From Lama glama (Eukaryota): a DNA stretch of 64,000 nt. This document shows, piece after piece, positions 25,543 to 40,297 of the stretch. The stretch is taken from assembly GCA_028534125.1 (NCBI GenBank), contig CM052816.1, forward strand, positions 39,496,001 through 39,560,000. The letters are read 5' to 3'. Made by a program: the position numbers and the translations under genes. A model generated the notes under the pieces. The model saw only the letters and a list, made by a program, of their open reading frames with translations. It did not search any database and was not told the DNA's origin. Each line of letters begins with the position of its first letter. Position 1 is the stretch's first letter.

Positions 25543-25722
25543 TTTATGAGAGCCTACTATATGCCAAGCTGTGTGGGTGCTTAATAGCACAACTAATAGG
25601 GTAGGTAGCAACTCCACGTGGGACACTAGGTATAAGTGTGAGTAGGGAGGTTAAGTGGCTTGCCTAAAGCTGCACAGATACCTGGGACCACTACAGGCCT
25701 CAGATCTATTCAAATCCTGTGT
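25543..25722 (-). mobile_element. MIR
   Basis: atttatgagagcctactatatgcca...gaggttaagtggcttgcctaaagc. Confidence 0.75.
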
Positions 25723-26029
25723 ATTTAGACATCATCACTCCCTAAAGCCTTTATTAACTGTGTGTGTGACAGGGGGCCACTCCCTCTGTCCACGGGACTG
25801 AGCATGTAATACACTCTGACCCAACTCAGCATGCTAGGACTGGATGGCCACCTCTTCATGAAGTTTGTTGCTGAGTGTCCAGGGAAGCCTGTGAGTTTCA
25901 TGTTGTACCCATCAGTGGACTTGGGAACAGCTGTGCAAATGTGTGGGAATGTTGAGGCTTGAATGCAGAATGGCAGCTGACCAAGTGCAAGGGCTGGGAG
26001 GAACTGCAGTCTGGCAGCATACTGAGAGA

Positions 26030-26245
26030 TCACAGTGCTCCAGACACCGTATCAAGTGCTTAGATTAACTAACTTAATACTGAAAACAGCCATGTAAAGT
26101 AGGTACCACTACAACTGGCTTCATGCTACAGTTCAGGAAACTAAGAAACACAAGAGGAAAATCCGCTTTCTCTAAGGTCACATAGCAAACAGGGCAACAG
26201 GACTGAACTCAGACATTATGGCTTCCCTCTTAAATAATACAGTGT
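26030..26245 (-). mobile_element. MIR
   Basis: tacagttcaggaaactaag...tctaaggtcacatagc core. Confidence 0.7.
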
Positions 26246-27534
26246 ACCAGCTCTACCTACCTTCCCAGCACCAGAAAAGCTAACTTAGTGGATATTCCAA
26301 AGGTCTACAGTCCCAATATATTCTGAGCCCTTGCTTTCTAGTATCCAAACGTTTCTTCCGTCATCACCACTTTCGTGTGTGTATGTTTTGTTTTTGATCC
26401 TTGTGGATTTATGACTTAATATCCCTCTTTATTATCTCATTTGTTGACTTTTGGAGGTATCAGGTATAAGTATGTGTATTCTTCCAGTTTTCAATAAGAA
26501 ACAACTTTTCAGATCAAATATCACAGGAAGGAAATATAAGTAGTGGAGGATAAGAGAAATTAGAAGTAGCAGAGGAAAAAGAAAAATTCTGGTGAAGAAG
26601 GAAAAATAAAGTTAGCACAATTTATTTACTTCCTCCGAGTAGAAACAGAAACTAACTTTTAGTCTAGACCTTCTTATCCCTGCACTGCAAGTGCTGAGAA
26701 TTTCAAGTAATTTAATTAGACAAATAAAAAGTTAACGTAGTACAGAAAAGATAACTTTTAAACAATAAAATTAGCAAAGCTGCAAATAATTGTGTATTGT
26801 ACACTCTTTGCAAATGTCATGAAATTACATTTTCTGTTTGTGTTGCATTTCCTCAAATGGCAAATCACCAAATAAGAAATGCTGACAGCTACTCTGGGTA
26901 TTAGACGGATTGTTGCAAGAGATACAATGGTTGTTATTTTAGTGTATCCAAAATACATTCAAAATGAACCAGAGCCCAGGAAAAATGAAGTATTTTAAAA
27001 CTTGGGTAAGAAATTATTAATTACTCTCTAATATTTCTAAATCTAAAAGAAACATTTTAATCCTAATATGAATAGACTGTATTTAATCCTATTTTTAAAT
27101 TTTCCTTTGTGTATGTATACATGACCTCTTAATCTTAAACATGCAATGGAAATGCTACCTTGCATAAGGTCAGTCTTTAGTAACAATTTTGCTACGTGTA
27201 ATAATTCTGATTCACTATTTCTTTAGAAAGCCCTCCTATTAATTCTGGAAACATTTTAAGCACTGTATTATATTCCTTTCTTTAGTAAATGATATAGTAT
27301 ATTTCATCTCCCATTTTAACTGAAAACCTTAAGACCATAAACTTAAATATCTTATCCCTCTTTCCAATATAATTCCCTGAAATAAACATTTCCTTTTTTC
27401 CCACTTCACAAAAATTACTTTTTCTATCATACCAATGCAAAATGCCCCTTAATAAATCTGATGACTTTTTATCATATTTATTATGCTGAAAGACTCAATG
27501 GAAAAAAAGATTACTCAAGAATGACACTTTGTCG

Positions 27535-28560
27535 GAGCTGAGCCAAGATGGCAGAGTAGGACACTTGACATCCTCTCATGCATACAGCAAAAACTACACG
27601 TACATACAGAACATATCACACAGAATACCTACTGAACTTTGGCAGAATATCTCTTACATCAGAAACACAAGGAAGTCCTCACAAAGCTGAGTAGGGAAAA
27701 AGAAAAAGTAAAGTGATGCAACATTTGTCCCCTGGGAGAAAGGAGGAAAAAGCACCTTCGCCCTAGGAAGCCCCCTCTCTAGCGGGGAGGTTAGCGAGGA
27801 GAGAAATGGACCTTCAGAGGCTGAGAGAAAAAAGCAGCAACCATTTGGCAGACAGAACTGAGAGAAACTGGCCCAGAGGGTCCCTGGGGTCCCGAGCCCA
27901 AGATGTGAGCCTGCGAAGATAGGCCAGGCTGGGCTGCTGGAGCTTGGGCTTCGGTGGACGAGCCCAGGGAGAGGCCTGCAGCTGACTGTGCAGAGGCAGC
28001 CTCAGGGGGCTGCAGTGTGGTGCAGGTTGAGTTTGTGTACGGAACAGAATAGCCTGGGACCCCCATAAAAAGCACCACTACTGGTGCTCATGATGGGAGG
28101 GGTGCAATGAAGCCAGGCCATAGCCCATCTCCACCAGCCCAGAGGGCATTGCTCGGCACCACTGTTGGCAAGCATTCTCGGGAGCAGAGGGGCAGGGTTC
28201 AGACACAGCCGTCTTCTCAGCTTGCTCTGGAGGCGCACAAACGCGGTTCCCCAGGCAGATGCAGGGCTGCAACCTGAATCCATTCCTAAGGGTCCCACAA
28301 CTTCTCAGGTAGGACTGAGAGTTGTCTCAGGCAGTGGTGGCGGATTTGTGCTACTGGGGTTTTTCTGGACCCTCGCCTCTAAGACAACTGAGGGGACTTC
28401 TGGCGTGTAGAAGGGGTGAGTCTGGAGTTAACAAGAGCCAGCATAAGGGGACATGGGGCTGCGGTCTGAGCTGACCCTGTGGCTCATGGTGCATCTGGAT
28501 GCGTGGCTGCACATGCACTCTAGCAGACTCTTTCTTGTGTTCCCATAGCACAATAACACC
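27535..28560 (+). mobile_element. L1 5'UTR only (older relative of the 55482 element)
   Basis: Starts gagccaagatggcagagtagg (YY1-type site); GC-rich; directly alignable to 55482-56300. Confidence 0.85.
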
Positions 28561-28654
28561 ATTCCTCTACACTTTTAACTTGAAAAATTCTCCCCAGAAA
28601 AGCAATGAAAACTGGAAGACCAAGATTATCTTTTTCAATGTTTGATCTCAGTAC

Positions 28655-29111
28655 TCTACATAAGAGCAAAAAAAATGGAAACCATCCAAATGCCCATCAA
28701 CTAATAAATGAATGAACAAAATCTGGTATACCAATACAACAGAATACTATTCTGTCACACAAAGAGATGAAGTACTGATGCATGCTCCAATGTGGATGAA
28801 CCTTGTAAACATTATGCTAAGTGAAAGAAGCCAGGCATACGAGGCCACATATAAGATTCCGTTTTTATGAGATGCCCTGAATAAGCAAATCTTGAGAGAC
28901 AGAAAGCAGATTAGTGGATGCCAGAAACTGGCAGAGTGGAGAATAAAGAATGATTGCTTATAGGTACAGAGTATGCTTTTGGAGTAGTGGAAAGTTCTAA
29001 AACTTGATGGGAGTGATAGTTGTACAACAATATGAATGCAGTTAATGCTGCTGAATGTTATACTTTAAAATAGTTAAAACAGTAAATTTTATAGTATGTA
29101 TATCTCACTAA
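28655..29111 (+). mobile_element. L1MB-like 3' end
   Basis: ccaaatgcccatcaact...attatgctaagtgaaagaagccag...aaaatagttaaaacagtaaatttta. Confidence 0.88.
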
Positions 29112-31559
29112 TGTGATGGTTCATATATCTTTATCTATCTACAGATACATAGAGAGACAGAAAATGAGAGGAAATTTTTGTATGTGTCACAAAGGTCCAC
29201 CTTTTTCATTGGAGCTGTCCACACACTATCTTTCCATTTTATGAAATCTTATTTGGATGGCACAGGACTAGTGTAAAGGAAAATGGGCTGAGTTTTAGTG
29301 TCTATCACTCCTCTATTAGAAACAGAGATCATAAACTTCAAAAATTAATCTTTGGCAAATATGACAACTCAAATAACTCATTTTATTAAAAGCAGAGAAC
29401 TAGCCTTTTAAAATATGCATTTTGACTTGAAGTTTTTCTATCATTTGGGATGAAAATACACTGTGGTGTTTTTATGAATATTTCTGACGCATCTATGGAT
29501 CAAAAGAGTGCTATGGCACTTTGTGTGCCGGAGATAAACAACACTTAAGGCCTGTCTGTATGTTGTTTCTATTCCCAGAAAGATGGAACAATGAGCAGGG
29601 CTGGGAGGTAACAGGCCTTACCTACACAGCCGTGATCACGTACTATACAAACCAGCCAGAGACAGGCTGTGGTAATAAATCTTAATGTAAGTATCTCTTT
29701 GTCTCAGTGCTTATGTAACCATTCCACTAACATTTTCCTCAGAACATTAGGAAATTTCTCTCTCCTGCACACTAATATAACATTTTCATTTTTTTTCTCT
29801 AAAGGATTTTTTTATGTTGTTCATGATAAAAGTTCATAATAATCTTTCCTTATTTGGTAAAGTTGCTTATTTAAAAAACTTGACCTTTCTTCTCTTACTT
29901 GGATTTCTACTTGACTATGGCATTTTCACTGTCTCATAAGTTAACTGATTTGATGAAGGTTTAAATTTGTTTTTGATGTAATAGAGGCACTTGGGTTGCA
30001 TACGCACCAAATGATTTTCCTCCTTTTAGATATTTAGCATTTCTCTTTAAAGTAACATTAGAAAAATGATTCAGTATACTGAATGCCATAAATTTTTCTA
30101 AGAGTTATTCAGGTAACTCAGACATTAACCTTATTTTGCTATATTCATTCATAAACTAATAGCAAAAAAAAATTATCTAGTTCATATTGGAAGTAGAGAG
30201 CCCAAGGTCCAAGTTTTGGATGGCAGAAGACTGTATGTGGCTAAGTGTACACCAGTGAACTTCAGGAAAGGGAGAAAAGGTCATCTATGAGAATCAGGGT
30301 TTTGAGATTATGATTTAAGTGGAAAAATTATTTTCATGAGCCCAAAGGGTCATAAATAATGAAACAAAATAATATTCAATTTTGTGATTCACTTGAGAAG
30401 CATCCTTGATGTGTAACTATCTACATGAATGTAATGAGAGGACAGGGTTGGGAAATGTCAGGCGTACAACTGTAACATGTGGGAGCTTTGCCCTGCTGCT
30501 GTGATCCGGATTAATCCATAATCCTGAAGACTGGAGTTTCCTCTTTCTTTTCCTCCACTTTTGCCTCTCCCTGTTTATTCTCTTCCTTGTTCCTCCACAT
30601 GTGTTTGTATTAAAGAAGCTACAGCAGAATTGGCATCTGTAATTTGAAATCCTGCAGATAGTGAAATGAGACCAAGAATGTTTGAAACACCTGAGCCAGT
30701 CAATGTACTCAGAACTGGAAGATACTGTGGAAGGATCTCTTCTGTACAGTTCAAGATGGAGGACTAAAGTAAAGGTGTGTAACTCTGATACTGTTTCTCA
30801 ATATTGTCTACACTGCAAGGAAGCAATCCATTTTAAACACAGTTTTCAGGAAGATTCTCTACTGCTGAAAAATATAGCAGAATGAATATTTCTCTACTAC
30901 ATACTTACAACATGATGCCCATTTATACTTTGTGCAGAATAGTCAGGGATTTATTTCATGGAAATCAAGATAATCTGCTTTAAATGTTATTTGTCTACAC
31001 AAGGAGAATGAAGTTATATTTCTTAACAGTTACTTCTCTAAGCCTTTAGCAAGAATAATTTTTGAGCTTAAAATGTACTTAAGCTAAAGATACGTCAGTG
31101 ATGGTACCTTCAAACCTCTGAAACGTTTGAAGAAAATTATTAAGTCATTTTCCTTTTAGTAATTTAAAACACTTTTCTCATATTCAAAGCATTTCATTGC
31201 CATCAATTATAACTCTGACCAAAGAGCAGGAATCTTCAACGTTCTCATCTTTTCAACGTAATGCATTTTTTCAGGTAAACACAAATCCAGAACTCTTGAA
31301 GGATTTTAACCAACCAAGGAAGAAACTTAAATTTTAAGATTAATCTGGTAGTGGCAGAAAAGAGACAGTACAGGATCAAAAATGTAGAATAAAGAAAAAT
31401 TTGTATAAAGCAGAAAAGGAGACCAAAAAAAGGATAAGGAAAAAAAGAGTTAAAAAAATGGTTTGGCAGAAGTAAATGTGAGCATAAAGTAATCAGAATT
31501 AATATGTTAATTATCTAAGTAAAAAAAATACATTTTCAAATACCCTGGGAACCCACAGC

Positions 31560-32140
31560 CAACAATTAGAAACTTCACAAGTACAGAGGAAAAATATACA
31601 GATATTGACAGGATGCCAGATCATAAAATGTTTTAAATTTCCAAAAAAAAAACTTCATGCAGAATCACATAATTTTTAAAATTTATGAATAATCTTCTGA
31701 ATAATCCTTGTGTTGAGTTATGTAAGAATTATTTTATGACTGACATTAAAACTTGTGGGAGATTGCTAAAGTTGTATTTAGAGGATCATGTTTAGCCTCA
31801 AATGTACATATCATAAAAAAGAAACTAAGACTTCAGTTTAGCAAGTTACAAAAAGCTAGCAGAGTAAAACCTCCAGAATAGGAAGAAAGAATTAAGGCAA
31901 AAAGAAAAAGTTAAATATGCAATATATTTTTAAAGTAAAGTAAAAATTAAATTATTTTAGGCCAGCACTGTTAACACTGATCAAAAAAGTACACAAGGAA
32001 ACAATATAAGGTGTATAAATTGAGACATAACTGAAAATTCAATAGTAGTTAATAAAAGTCATACTGTAAGAAACTTCAACCTTATATATGTTTGACTAAG
32101 ATGAAAGGAAAATTACAAAATGAATCAGATTAACAAACAG
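31560..32140 (+). mobile_element. Very old L1 ORF2 fragment
   Basis: aaaacttgtgggagattgctaaagttgtatttagagga; A-rich. Confidence 0.55.
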
Positions 32141-32494
32141 AAATGATGAATCAGAAAACGTAGACGAAAAGCACTTAGAGTGCTGTTGCATGAATGCATG
32201 CAATACATGAGGAAATTGTACCTATTGTAAACAGGAAAAAAGTTTATAATGGAAGCCACTACAAGAGATATTTAGTGGATAAGAGTACTTTGTGAGCAAT
32301 TGGTCTTGTGGGATAAGGCAAAAATAAAAATTGATTCTCACATTTCTAGCTTCTGGATAGTAGTTTAAAAATTGAAATAGGTTACATAGTAAGGGCGATA
32401 TTCTTTTTTGTGAGCGAGATGGCAGTAGAGGAGGGAGATAGGGAAGGCAGTGTGGTCTTCATAAAACAAATCTGAAGATTAAAACAAACTATTA

Positions 32495-33045
32495 AACTGC
32501 TTCTTAGCTGCTCTGTATCTATCCCTTCTTTCCAAATAATGGCCAAAAGCCTCTCCAGATAATCACTGTCCCCATTTAGGTAGCAGCAATGCTAGGGTGG
32601 GGTGTTATTAACTTGACCTCAGGTATCAGGAGTCTTCCCTGGTTGCAAATGTTTTAATAATGCAATGACCCAGGCTTAAGCCAATCTGGGACAACATCCT
32701 ACTGGCCTTCCAGTGAAGAAAGTTTTTGTGTTATTAGTCCAATCAAGATGAAGCAGAGAACATCTGTTCCATGACTACAGGAGGAAGTGTTCTCTCCAAT
32801 AGGCATGCACAAGGAAGATGTAGCTCTTGTTATTGCCATCAGCCATCAGACCATACAAGGACAATAAAATCAATGTAGAAGAAAGGGCAGAGTTGAGAAA
32901 ACTGCGAACAATTGACCTAGTTCCTTGATTTAAGTGGCCTGAAGCCTAAATCACTGCTAGACTTTAAGTCATAAGGACTGATAAATCCACGATACTGTTT
33001 AGGGGAGCTGAATTTGCTTCTAGTTGCTAAAAGTGTATAATTGTG
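32495..33045 (+). mobile_element. Old ERVL LTR (LTR33-like)
   Basis: tgacccaggcttaagccaatc; cctgaagcc...tagactttaagtcata...gataaatcc. Confidence 0.55.
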
Positions 33046-34314
33046 AATCAACTTCACTACTCCACTCAGGCAAGTTATTGTCCTCATTTTTCATATGAAA
33101 ACACTTTGGAATATTTTACTTATATGAATAGCTAACATAAAAGTACAAGGATATTAAAATAAAATGTTCATCAGATTTATTATGGGTAAAGTGCATTGCA
33201 AATGTGCTTACAGGAAAAAAAATTAAAGTGCAAAGAATGCTATAGGAACCCTGTTTTAATTTCCTGTTTTTAATTATTTTTAGTCTTTTTTATATACTGT
33301 GTTTATTATATTCTAGAAATATGAAAGTGTAGGAACAAAGTGTGCAGCATTCTATAAACCTTATTCATTTAAACGAAAAAAATTTACATAACAGGGAGCA
33401 CTGAACAGTTATAATTTACTTACTGACAAAACTATTAACAAGAAGCTTCTACTCATTCTAACAGCATTTTCATGTCTGGGAATTTCTCCTTTGTATCAAA
33501 GGAAGAAAGAATTAACTAGGCTTGTTGACTTAATTGGAAATAAAAAGATGACTGGTTATCTTTTATGTTATATGCTTATCACCATAGTGTAGCCATTCTA
33601 AGAAATAACTCACTGCATCATTCTACTGGTTTACGAATGTACATGAATTTAAAATGGGTCTTGTTTTACAGTACTGAGTTATCATATTTTCTTTAAATAA
33701 GTAATAAATATAGTTCAAGAATCATCATTTTGCAACTGTTTTAATAAGACATCCTTTGTCTGCATTTTAAGTTGTTGATAAAGAGAATACTTCTATTGCA
33801 TAGCCTGTCCTAGTACCAATAATGTAAAAAAAATTACTTTTTATATGGTTCCCAACCCCAGTTGTGCTCTCTTGCCTTTATGATAGTAAAGCAGTATAAA
33901 TTAACACAGTTACAAAAATCTGAACAAATCAGAATTGATTATAGACATATATAAAATGCCACACTTCGATTTTTACTCAATACATAGAAAGGTAATTCAT
34001 TAATTAATCTGCCAAAAGGTTTTTGAGTAGCTTCCAAGTGAAAACACCATTTGAGGCATAGACGGTATGCATATGGAATTTTAAATGTATTACCCAGCCA
34101 AAGACTATAGTTCATTAGAGACTAAAATGACAAGTGGAGGGTTTATATGAATGCTTATATAGTTTATTCACTGGATAAAGTATAATCATAGTAAGTACAC
34201 TAATTCTCATTTTTGTCTATCTTTGTAGTAAGATTAAAACATGTACTGAACAAACTTAAAAGACACTATTAAATGTTAAGATATATACATACTGATTTGT
34301 TAAGTCTTTGTAAG

Positions 34315-37300
34315 TAAAATAATATGCATGTATAGCACAGAGAATTCTAAAACACAGAATGTAAAACCTGACAGAATTGAAAGAATAGACAATTTAAAGA
34401 CAGTCAGAAATCTGAATAACTGATAGAACAATTATAAAAATCAATAAGAATATAGCAGACCTGAATAAACTATCAACCACACTGACCTACCTACAGAATG
34501 CTCCACCCAACAACTTCTGTGACTACACAAGCACAGGTGACATGTTCTCCAGGAGAGCTAATACACTACTCCATAAAACAAGTCTCAATAATTTAAAGAG
34601 TTAGAATTATACAAAGAAATTTCTTAGATCCCACAAAATTAAATTAGAAATAAAACAAAGAAGAAATTGCAAGGGGAATTAGAAAATTTCCCAATTGAAA
34701 AGAAAAAAATATGACGTACTAAAATTTATGGGATGTAACTAGAACAGTTCATAGAGGAAAATTTGTAGCTTTAAAATGAATATGTCAGTAGGAAAAAAAG
34801 TCTAAAATCAACTACCTAAAAAAATAAAAAATAAATCAAATCAATTACCTAAATTTCCATCTTGATAAACCAGAAAAAAAGAGGAGCAAATTCAACCCAA
34901 ACCAAGGAGAATAAAAGAAATAATAAAGATATCAATACACTGAAAAACAGAAAAACATCAGAAAACTTCAGTGTAACCAAATTTGGTCCCTCAAAACATC
35001 AATAAAATTGGTCGCCTTTAGTTAGACTGATCAGTGCAAAAGCAAGAGGGCACAAATCACCAAAACTGAAAATGAGAGAGGATATCATTATTCATCTCAC
35101 TGAAACCAAAATGATTATAAGAGAATGTTATTAATGTTACACCAACAAATCAGGTACTTGAGATAAAAATGGAAAGATGTCTAGTGTGAGACAGAAATTG
35201 CTGAAAGTTACACAAGAAAAAAATTTTTTTAAGAATTGAAATTAGTAATTAGTAATTAAATATTGAACTAATAATTCAAAATTCTTTTTCAAAGAAAAGC
35301 CCAGATCCAAATAGCTTCCCTGGAGAATTCTATTAAATATTTAAAAGATTTTTTTCCTAGAAAATCAAGTACACTTTTCCATTCATTATGAGTAAAATCA
35401 GGATTACCATAATACCAAAGCCAGACAAAAACATCACAAGAAATCTACAGATCAATATCCCTCATAAATAGTAATACAAAAATCCTCACACACATACACA
35501 CAAAAACAACAAATCAAATTCAGTGATATATAAAAAGAATTAAACACCATGATCAAGAGGGATTTATCTCAAGAATTAAAGGCTGGCTTAAAATTTAAGA
35601 CTCAATTAATGTAATATACTGCATTAATAGAATAAAAGTGAAAAAAAAATACCTGTCATCCTGAGATGAAGGGAAGGTATGTTGTAAAATCAAACACCCA
35701 CTGTTAAAAATTTCTCAACAACTAGAAATAGATGGGTGTTTCCTCAACCTGTTGAGGATAACTAACAAAATACCCTACAAAAATAACATGGAATTTAATG
35801 ATGAAAAATGGCAATGTTTTTGTCTTAAAATGAGAAACAAGGCAATGATGTCTATTTTTGGTACTTCTATTCAGTATCATATTAGGAGATTCTAGTCCTA
35901 ATGAAACAAAAAGAAAAAGAAAGGGAGAGAAAAAAACAGGTATATATATTAAAAAGGAAGAAGTGAACTTTGTTATTCACAGATGACATAATTCTGTATG
36001 TACAACCTCAAGGAATTCATTTAAAAAAGAAACTATTAAAACTAATAAATGAATTCAGCAAGGCTACAGGATACAAAGTTGATATATAAAAATGAACTGT
36101 ACATCTATATGCAGTCAGTGAGCAATCCATAATAAAATTAAGAATGCAATTCCACTTACAATAGCATAGACACAATAGAAATATATAGGAATGATTTAAC
36201 AAGAGAAGTAAGTGCAAGATTTGTATGCTCAAATCTACAAATTATTGTTGAAAGAAATTAATGAATATCTAAATAAAAGGTGACATTGATATTTCATGGA
36301 TGGAAGGCTCAGTGTTACCAAGATGGTCATTATTCCAAATTAATCAATAAATTCAACACAATTCCTGTTAAAATATCAGCAGTATTTTTATTTTGTAGAA
36401 ATTGGTAAGATGATCTAAAATGTACCTAGGAATTCAAATAACTAGGATAGCCCAGATAATTTTTGAAAAAGAGAAAAATTTGGAGGGCTTCACCTAATTC
36501 TGAAACTTACTATAAAGCCTTTATAATCAAGAGTGTGTTATCAGCATGATAGGCTCATAGATGAATGAAACATTTTGACATTGGTGCCAACATAATTCAA
36601 AGGGAGAAATATTTTTTCCCCAGCCAATGTTTCTGAAATAATCAGATATTCCACACTTGAAAAATTTTAGATCTGTACTAAAAATTAACTAAAAATGGGT
36701 CACAGACCTACATTTAAGAGCTGAAACTGAATCTACACTACAAGAGAGAAGAATCTTCATGATCTAGGATTTGACTAAAATACTGAAACACCACCAAATG
36801 CAGAATCCATAAATTGAGTTTAATAAAAACTTAAAACTTTGTTACTCTGAGAAACAAATTTCAGAAAATAAAGAACTGATAAGCTTTTGCACAGCAAAAG
36901 AAACTAAGCAAAACAAAATGACAACCTATGCAATGGGAGAAAATATTTGCAAATGATGCAACTGACAAAGACGTAATTTCCAGAATATATAGAAAGCTCA
37001 TACAACTTAGTAACAAAAAAACCAAACAACCCAATCCAAAAATGGGCAGAAGACCTAAAGAAGCAATTCTCTAAAGAAGACATACAAATGGCCAATAGGC
37101 ACATGAAAAAATGCTCAGTATTGCTAATTATGAGAGAAATGCCAATCAAAACTACAAGATATCACCTGCACCAGTCAGAATAGCCATCATTCAAAAGTCC
37201 ACAAACAAATACGGCAGAGGCTGTGGAGAAAAGGGAACCCTCCTACACTGCTGGTGGGAATGTAGTTTGATGCAGCCATTATGTAAAACAGTATGAGGAT

Positions 37301-38937
37301 TCGTCAAAAAACTAAAAATAGACTTACCCTATGATCCAGCATTCCTACTCCTCAGCATATATCTGGAGGGAAGTCTAATTCAAATAGATACATGCACCCC
37401 AATGTTCACAGCAGCACTATATACAATAGCCAAGACATGAAACAACCTAAATGTCCATTGATAGAAGACAAGATAAAGAAGTTGTGGTATATTTATGAAA
37501 GGGAATACTACTCAGCCATAAAAAGAATAACCACAAAAAGAATGCCATTTGGAAGGACCTGGAGATGGTCACTCTTAGTGAAGTAAGCCAGAAAGAGAAA
37601 GAAAAATACCATATGATATCACTCATACGTGGGATCTAAAATAAGAAAAAAGAAGACATTAAGGAACTCATCTACAAAACAGAAATAGACTTGCAGACGT
37701 AGTAAACAATTTTATGGTTACTGGGGGTAAGGGGATGGGAAGAGATAAATTTCAGAGTTTGAGATTTGTGAATGTTAGCCACTATATATAAAAATGGATT
37801 AAAAAAGAAATTTTTTCTGTATAGCACAGGGAACTATGTTCAATATCTTGTAATAACCTTCAATGAAAAATAATATGAAAATATATGTATGTATACACAT
37901 GACCAGAAATTGACACGTTATAACTGACTGTACTTCAATTAAAAAAAGAACAAGCCACTGACTAGGAAGAATGTTTGTAAATCATATACGTGATAAAAGA
38001 CTTTTATCCAGAATATATAGAGAACACTTACAACTCAATAGTAAAAAGAAAAACAATCCAATGAAAATTTGGACAAAAGATTCGACTAGAAATTGTACTA
38101 ATGACATAAGAAGTACTAATAAGCACATGAAATTTTCCTTTACTCAGTCATTAGAGAAATACAAATTAAAACCAAAGTGAGATACCACTACACACACACT
38201 AGGTAGCTATATTCACAAAGACAGAAAATACCACATTTGTTAGGATACGGAAAAAAGATACACAACAAGGCTGGGAAGGATATAACATAGTATAGATGCT
38301 TTAGAAATTAATTTGGGAGTTCAACTGTCAGTTTCTTAAAAGTTAGACATAAGCTGACCATATAACCCAATTAATCCATTTCTACACGTCCTCCAAGAAA
38401 AACAAAACAAATACCCAGGTAGAGATTTGTATCAGAATTTTTACAGTAACATTTTTTGAAACTGCAGAACAATCGAAACAATCCAAAGAAATATTCATCA
38501 ATGATAACGGATAAACAAAAAATCTACACAATATATATATATGCAGTCAGTAATAAAAAGGATTAAGATAGTAATACATATTACATACTAACACTAATAT
38601 GCTGCAACACAGATTAACCTCAAAAATACTATGCTGAGTGAAAGAAGAAAGATGCAAAAGATGACATATTATATGATTCCACTTAAAATGTAATGTTCAG
38701 AACAAGTCTATATTGTAGAGACGGAAAGTGTGGCATTGGTTCTCTGGAGCTGGAGGTGAGATGAAAGTGGTTGCAAATGGGTACAAGGTTTCTTTTCAGG
38801 TGATGAAAATTCTCTAAAACTGTATTGTGGTAAAAGCCACACAACCCTGTACATTTACTGAAAAATTACTGAATTTTGCACTTGCAACGGGTGAATTTTA
38901 TGGTATGTAAATTATACCTCAATAAAGCTGTTAAAAA
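34315..38937 (+). mobile_element. Old L1 (L1MB7/8-like) ORF2 through 3' end, interrupted by a younger L1 at 36877-37944
   Basis: Continuous decayed EN/RT/C-terminal ORF2 similarity; ends tatgtaaattatacctcaataaagctgttaaaaa. Confidence 0.9.
36877..37944 (+). mobile_element. Younger 5'-truncated lineage-specific L1
   Basis: ORF2 C-terminal peptide ([21 protein letters not shown]), 3'UTR and A tail; short TSD aaagaac at 36870-36876 and 37945-37951. Confidence 0.92.
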
Positions 38938-39734
38938 GGAGGAGGATTAAACTTAATGGACTGCCCTTTAGTAGACAGAAGAACTACGTAAAACTATTAA
39001 TTTAATGGGAGATTTTAGTTCTCAAACTCTTAGCTAACTTTATTCTCCCCTAAATGAAAAATCATTACATAGATTTTTTTTTCATTTTAAATACAGAAAA
39101 ATTAAAATTTGAATTTTAAAACTTACATCAATTAGCGTCTGGCATGATTTTACTTTAAAAAGTCATTGGCATAGAAAGTATCAGGTAGACTGTTCCATAG
39201 TTTCAAGTAAGTTAGCCTAAAGACAAATGATCACACAGGGAATTTTTGTTTGAATGATTTTCAAAAATTAAAAGGATAAAAGCATTCACTGTTAAATGTT
39301 AAAGAATTCAGATAATTCTGACAATTTATGTTATTGCTTATAGTCTATTGCATTATTCTGTCCTTTCTTATTAGATCAAGATTATGAAAAGAGAATATAA
39401 GTCATATGACATGTAATAAATATAGATACAATTAAAAAAATTAAATAAAACTCTCCTTTCTCAATTCACTGTTACAAAAAAAGTTTGCAAACCAGGAAAT
39501 CCATGTAGTTGTAACATTACAATAGTTTAGTCAGATCTTTATCATAGTGTATTAAATGAATTTTGACTCCTTTAAGTAAATTAATACTGCAGTTCCTTTA
39601 TTAGTTTAGGATAGTGATACTAATTCATAACCTCTTATTTAGGACATATCCCTAAAGTGCCTTTTCCAATAGTGTTGGTTTTATTTTGAGATGTCTGCCT
39701 TTCTTTGATTTTTGGCCAAGTTTAGGATTAGATT

Positions 39735-39928
39735 AAAGAATTGGCAGATTTTTTTGGTGAAAGGTCAGACAGCAAACATTTTTGGCTCTGTGAGCCAGAG
39801 TCTCTGATGCTACTACTTAACTGTCAATAATCATGGACAATCATAAATGTGTGCTTCAATAAAATTTTATTTACAAAAGCTGGTGGTAGATAAAGTTTGG
39901 CCTATGAGTTTTTGATTGCAGAGCCCTG
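39735..39928 (+). mobile_element. MER58A-like hAT-Charlie
   Basis: ttggcagattttt...aaaggtcagacagcaaacattttt...caataaaattttatttacaaaa...gccctg. Confidence 0.8.
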
Positions 39929-40297
39929 GATTTGATTTTAAGAAACAGTCAATAAGTAAAGAAAGATTAACTAACTAGTGTTGTCCTTTCATGCAAAACC
40001 ACGGCAAAGTAACACCTTGCCCTGGTTGTTATGGTTGTCCTAAACTACCAATTAAAATATATATATACATCAGTGAAACAATACAAATTATTTAGCAAGT
40101 CTGGAGCATTTGAGAAGAACATTTCAGCTCTGAAAGAAACAGAAAGGAGAACAAAGTGTACCTTACAGAAATGTTGACCAAAGGACATCTTTAACACTCC
40201 TTCATAGGGAGTACAGGAGTTAAGATCATTTACTGTAGGAAAATATCTGGCTGCAATTACTGCTACTCTCCCTGTTACTAATGGGTTAGAAAATTCA

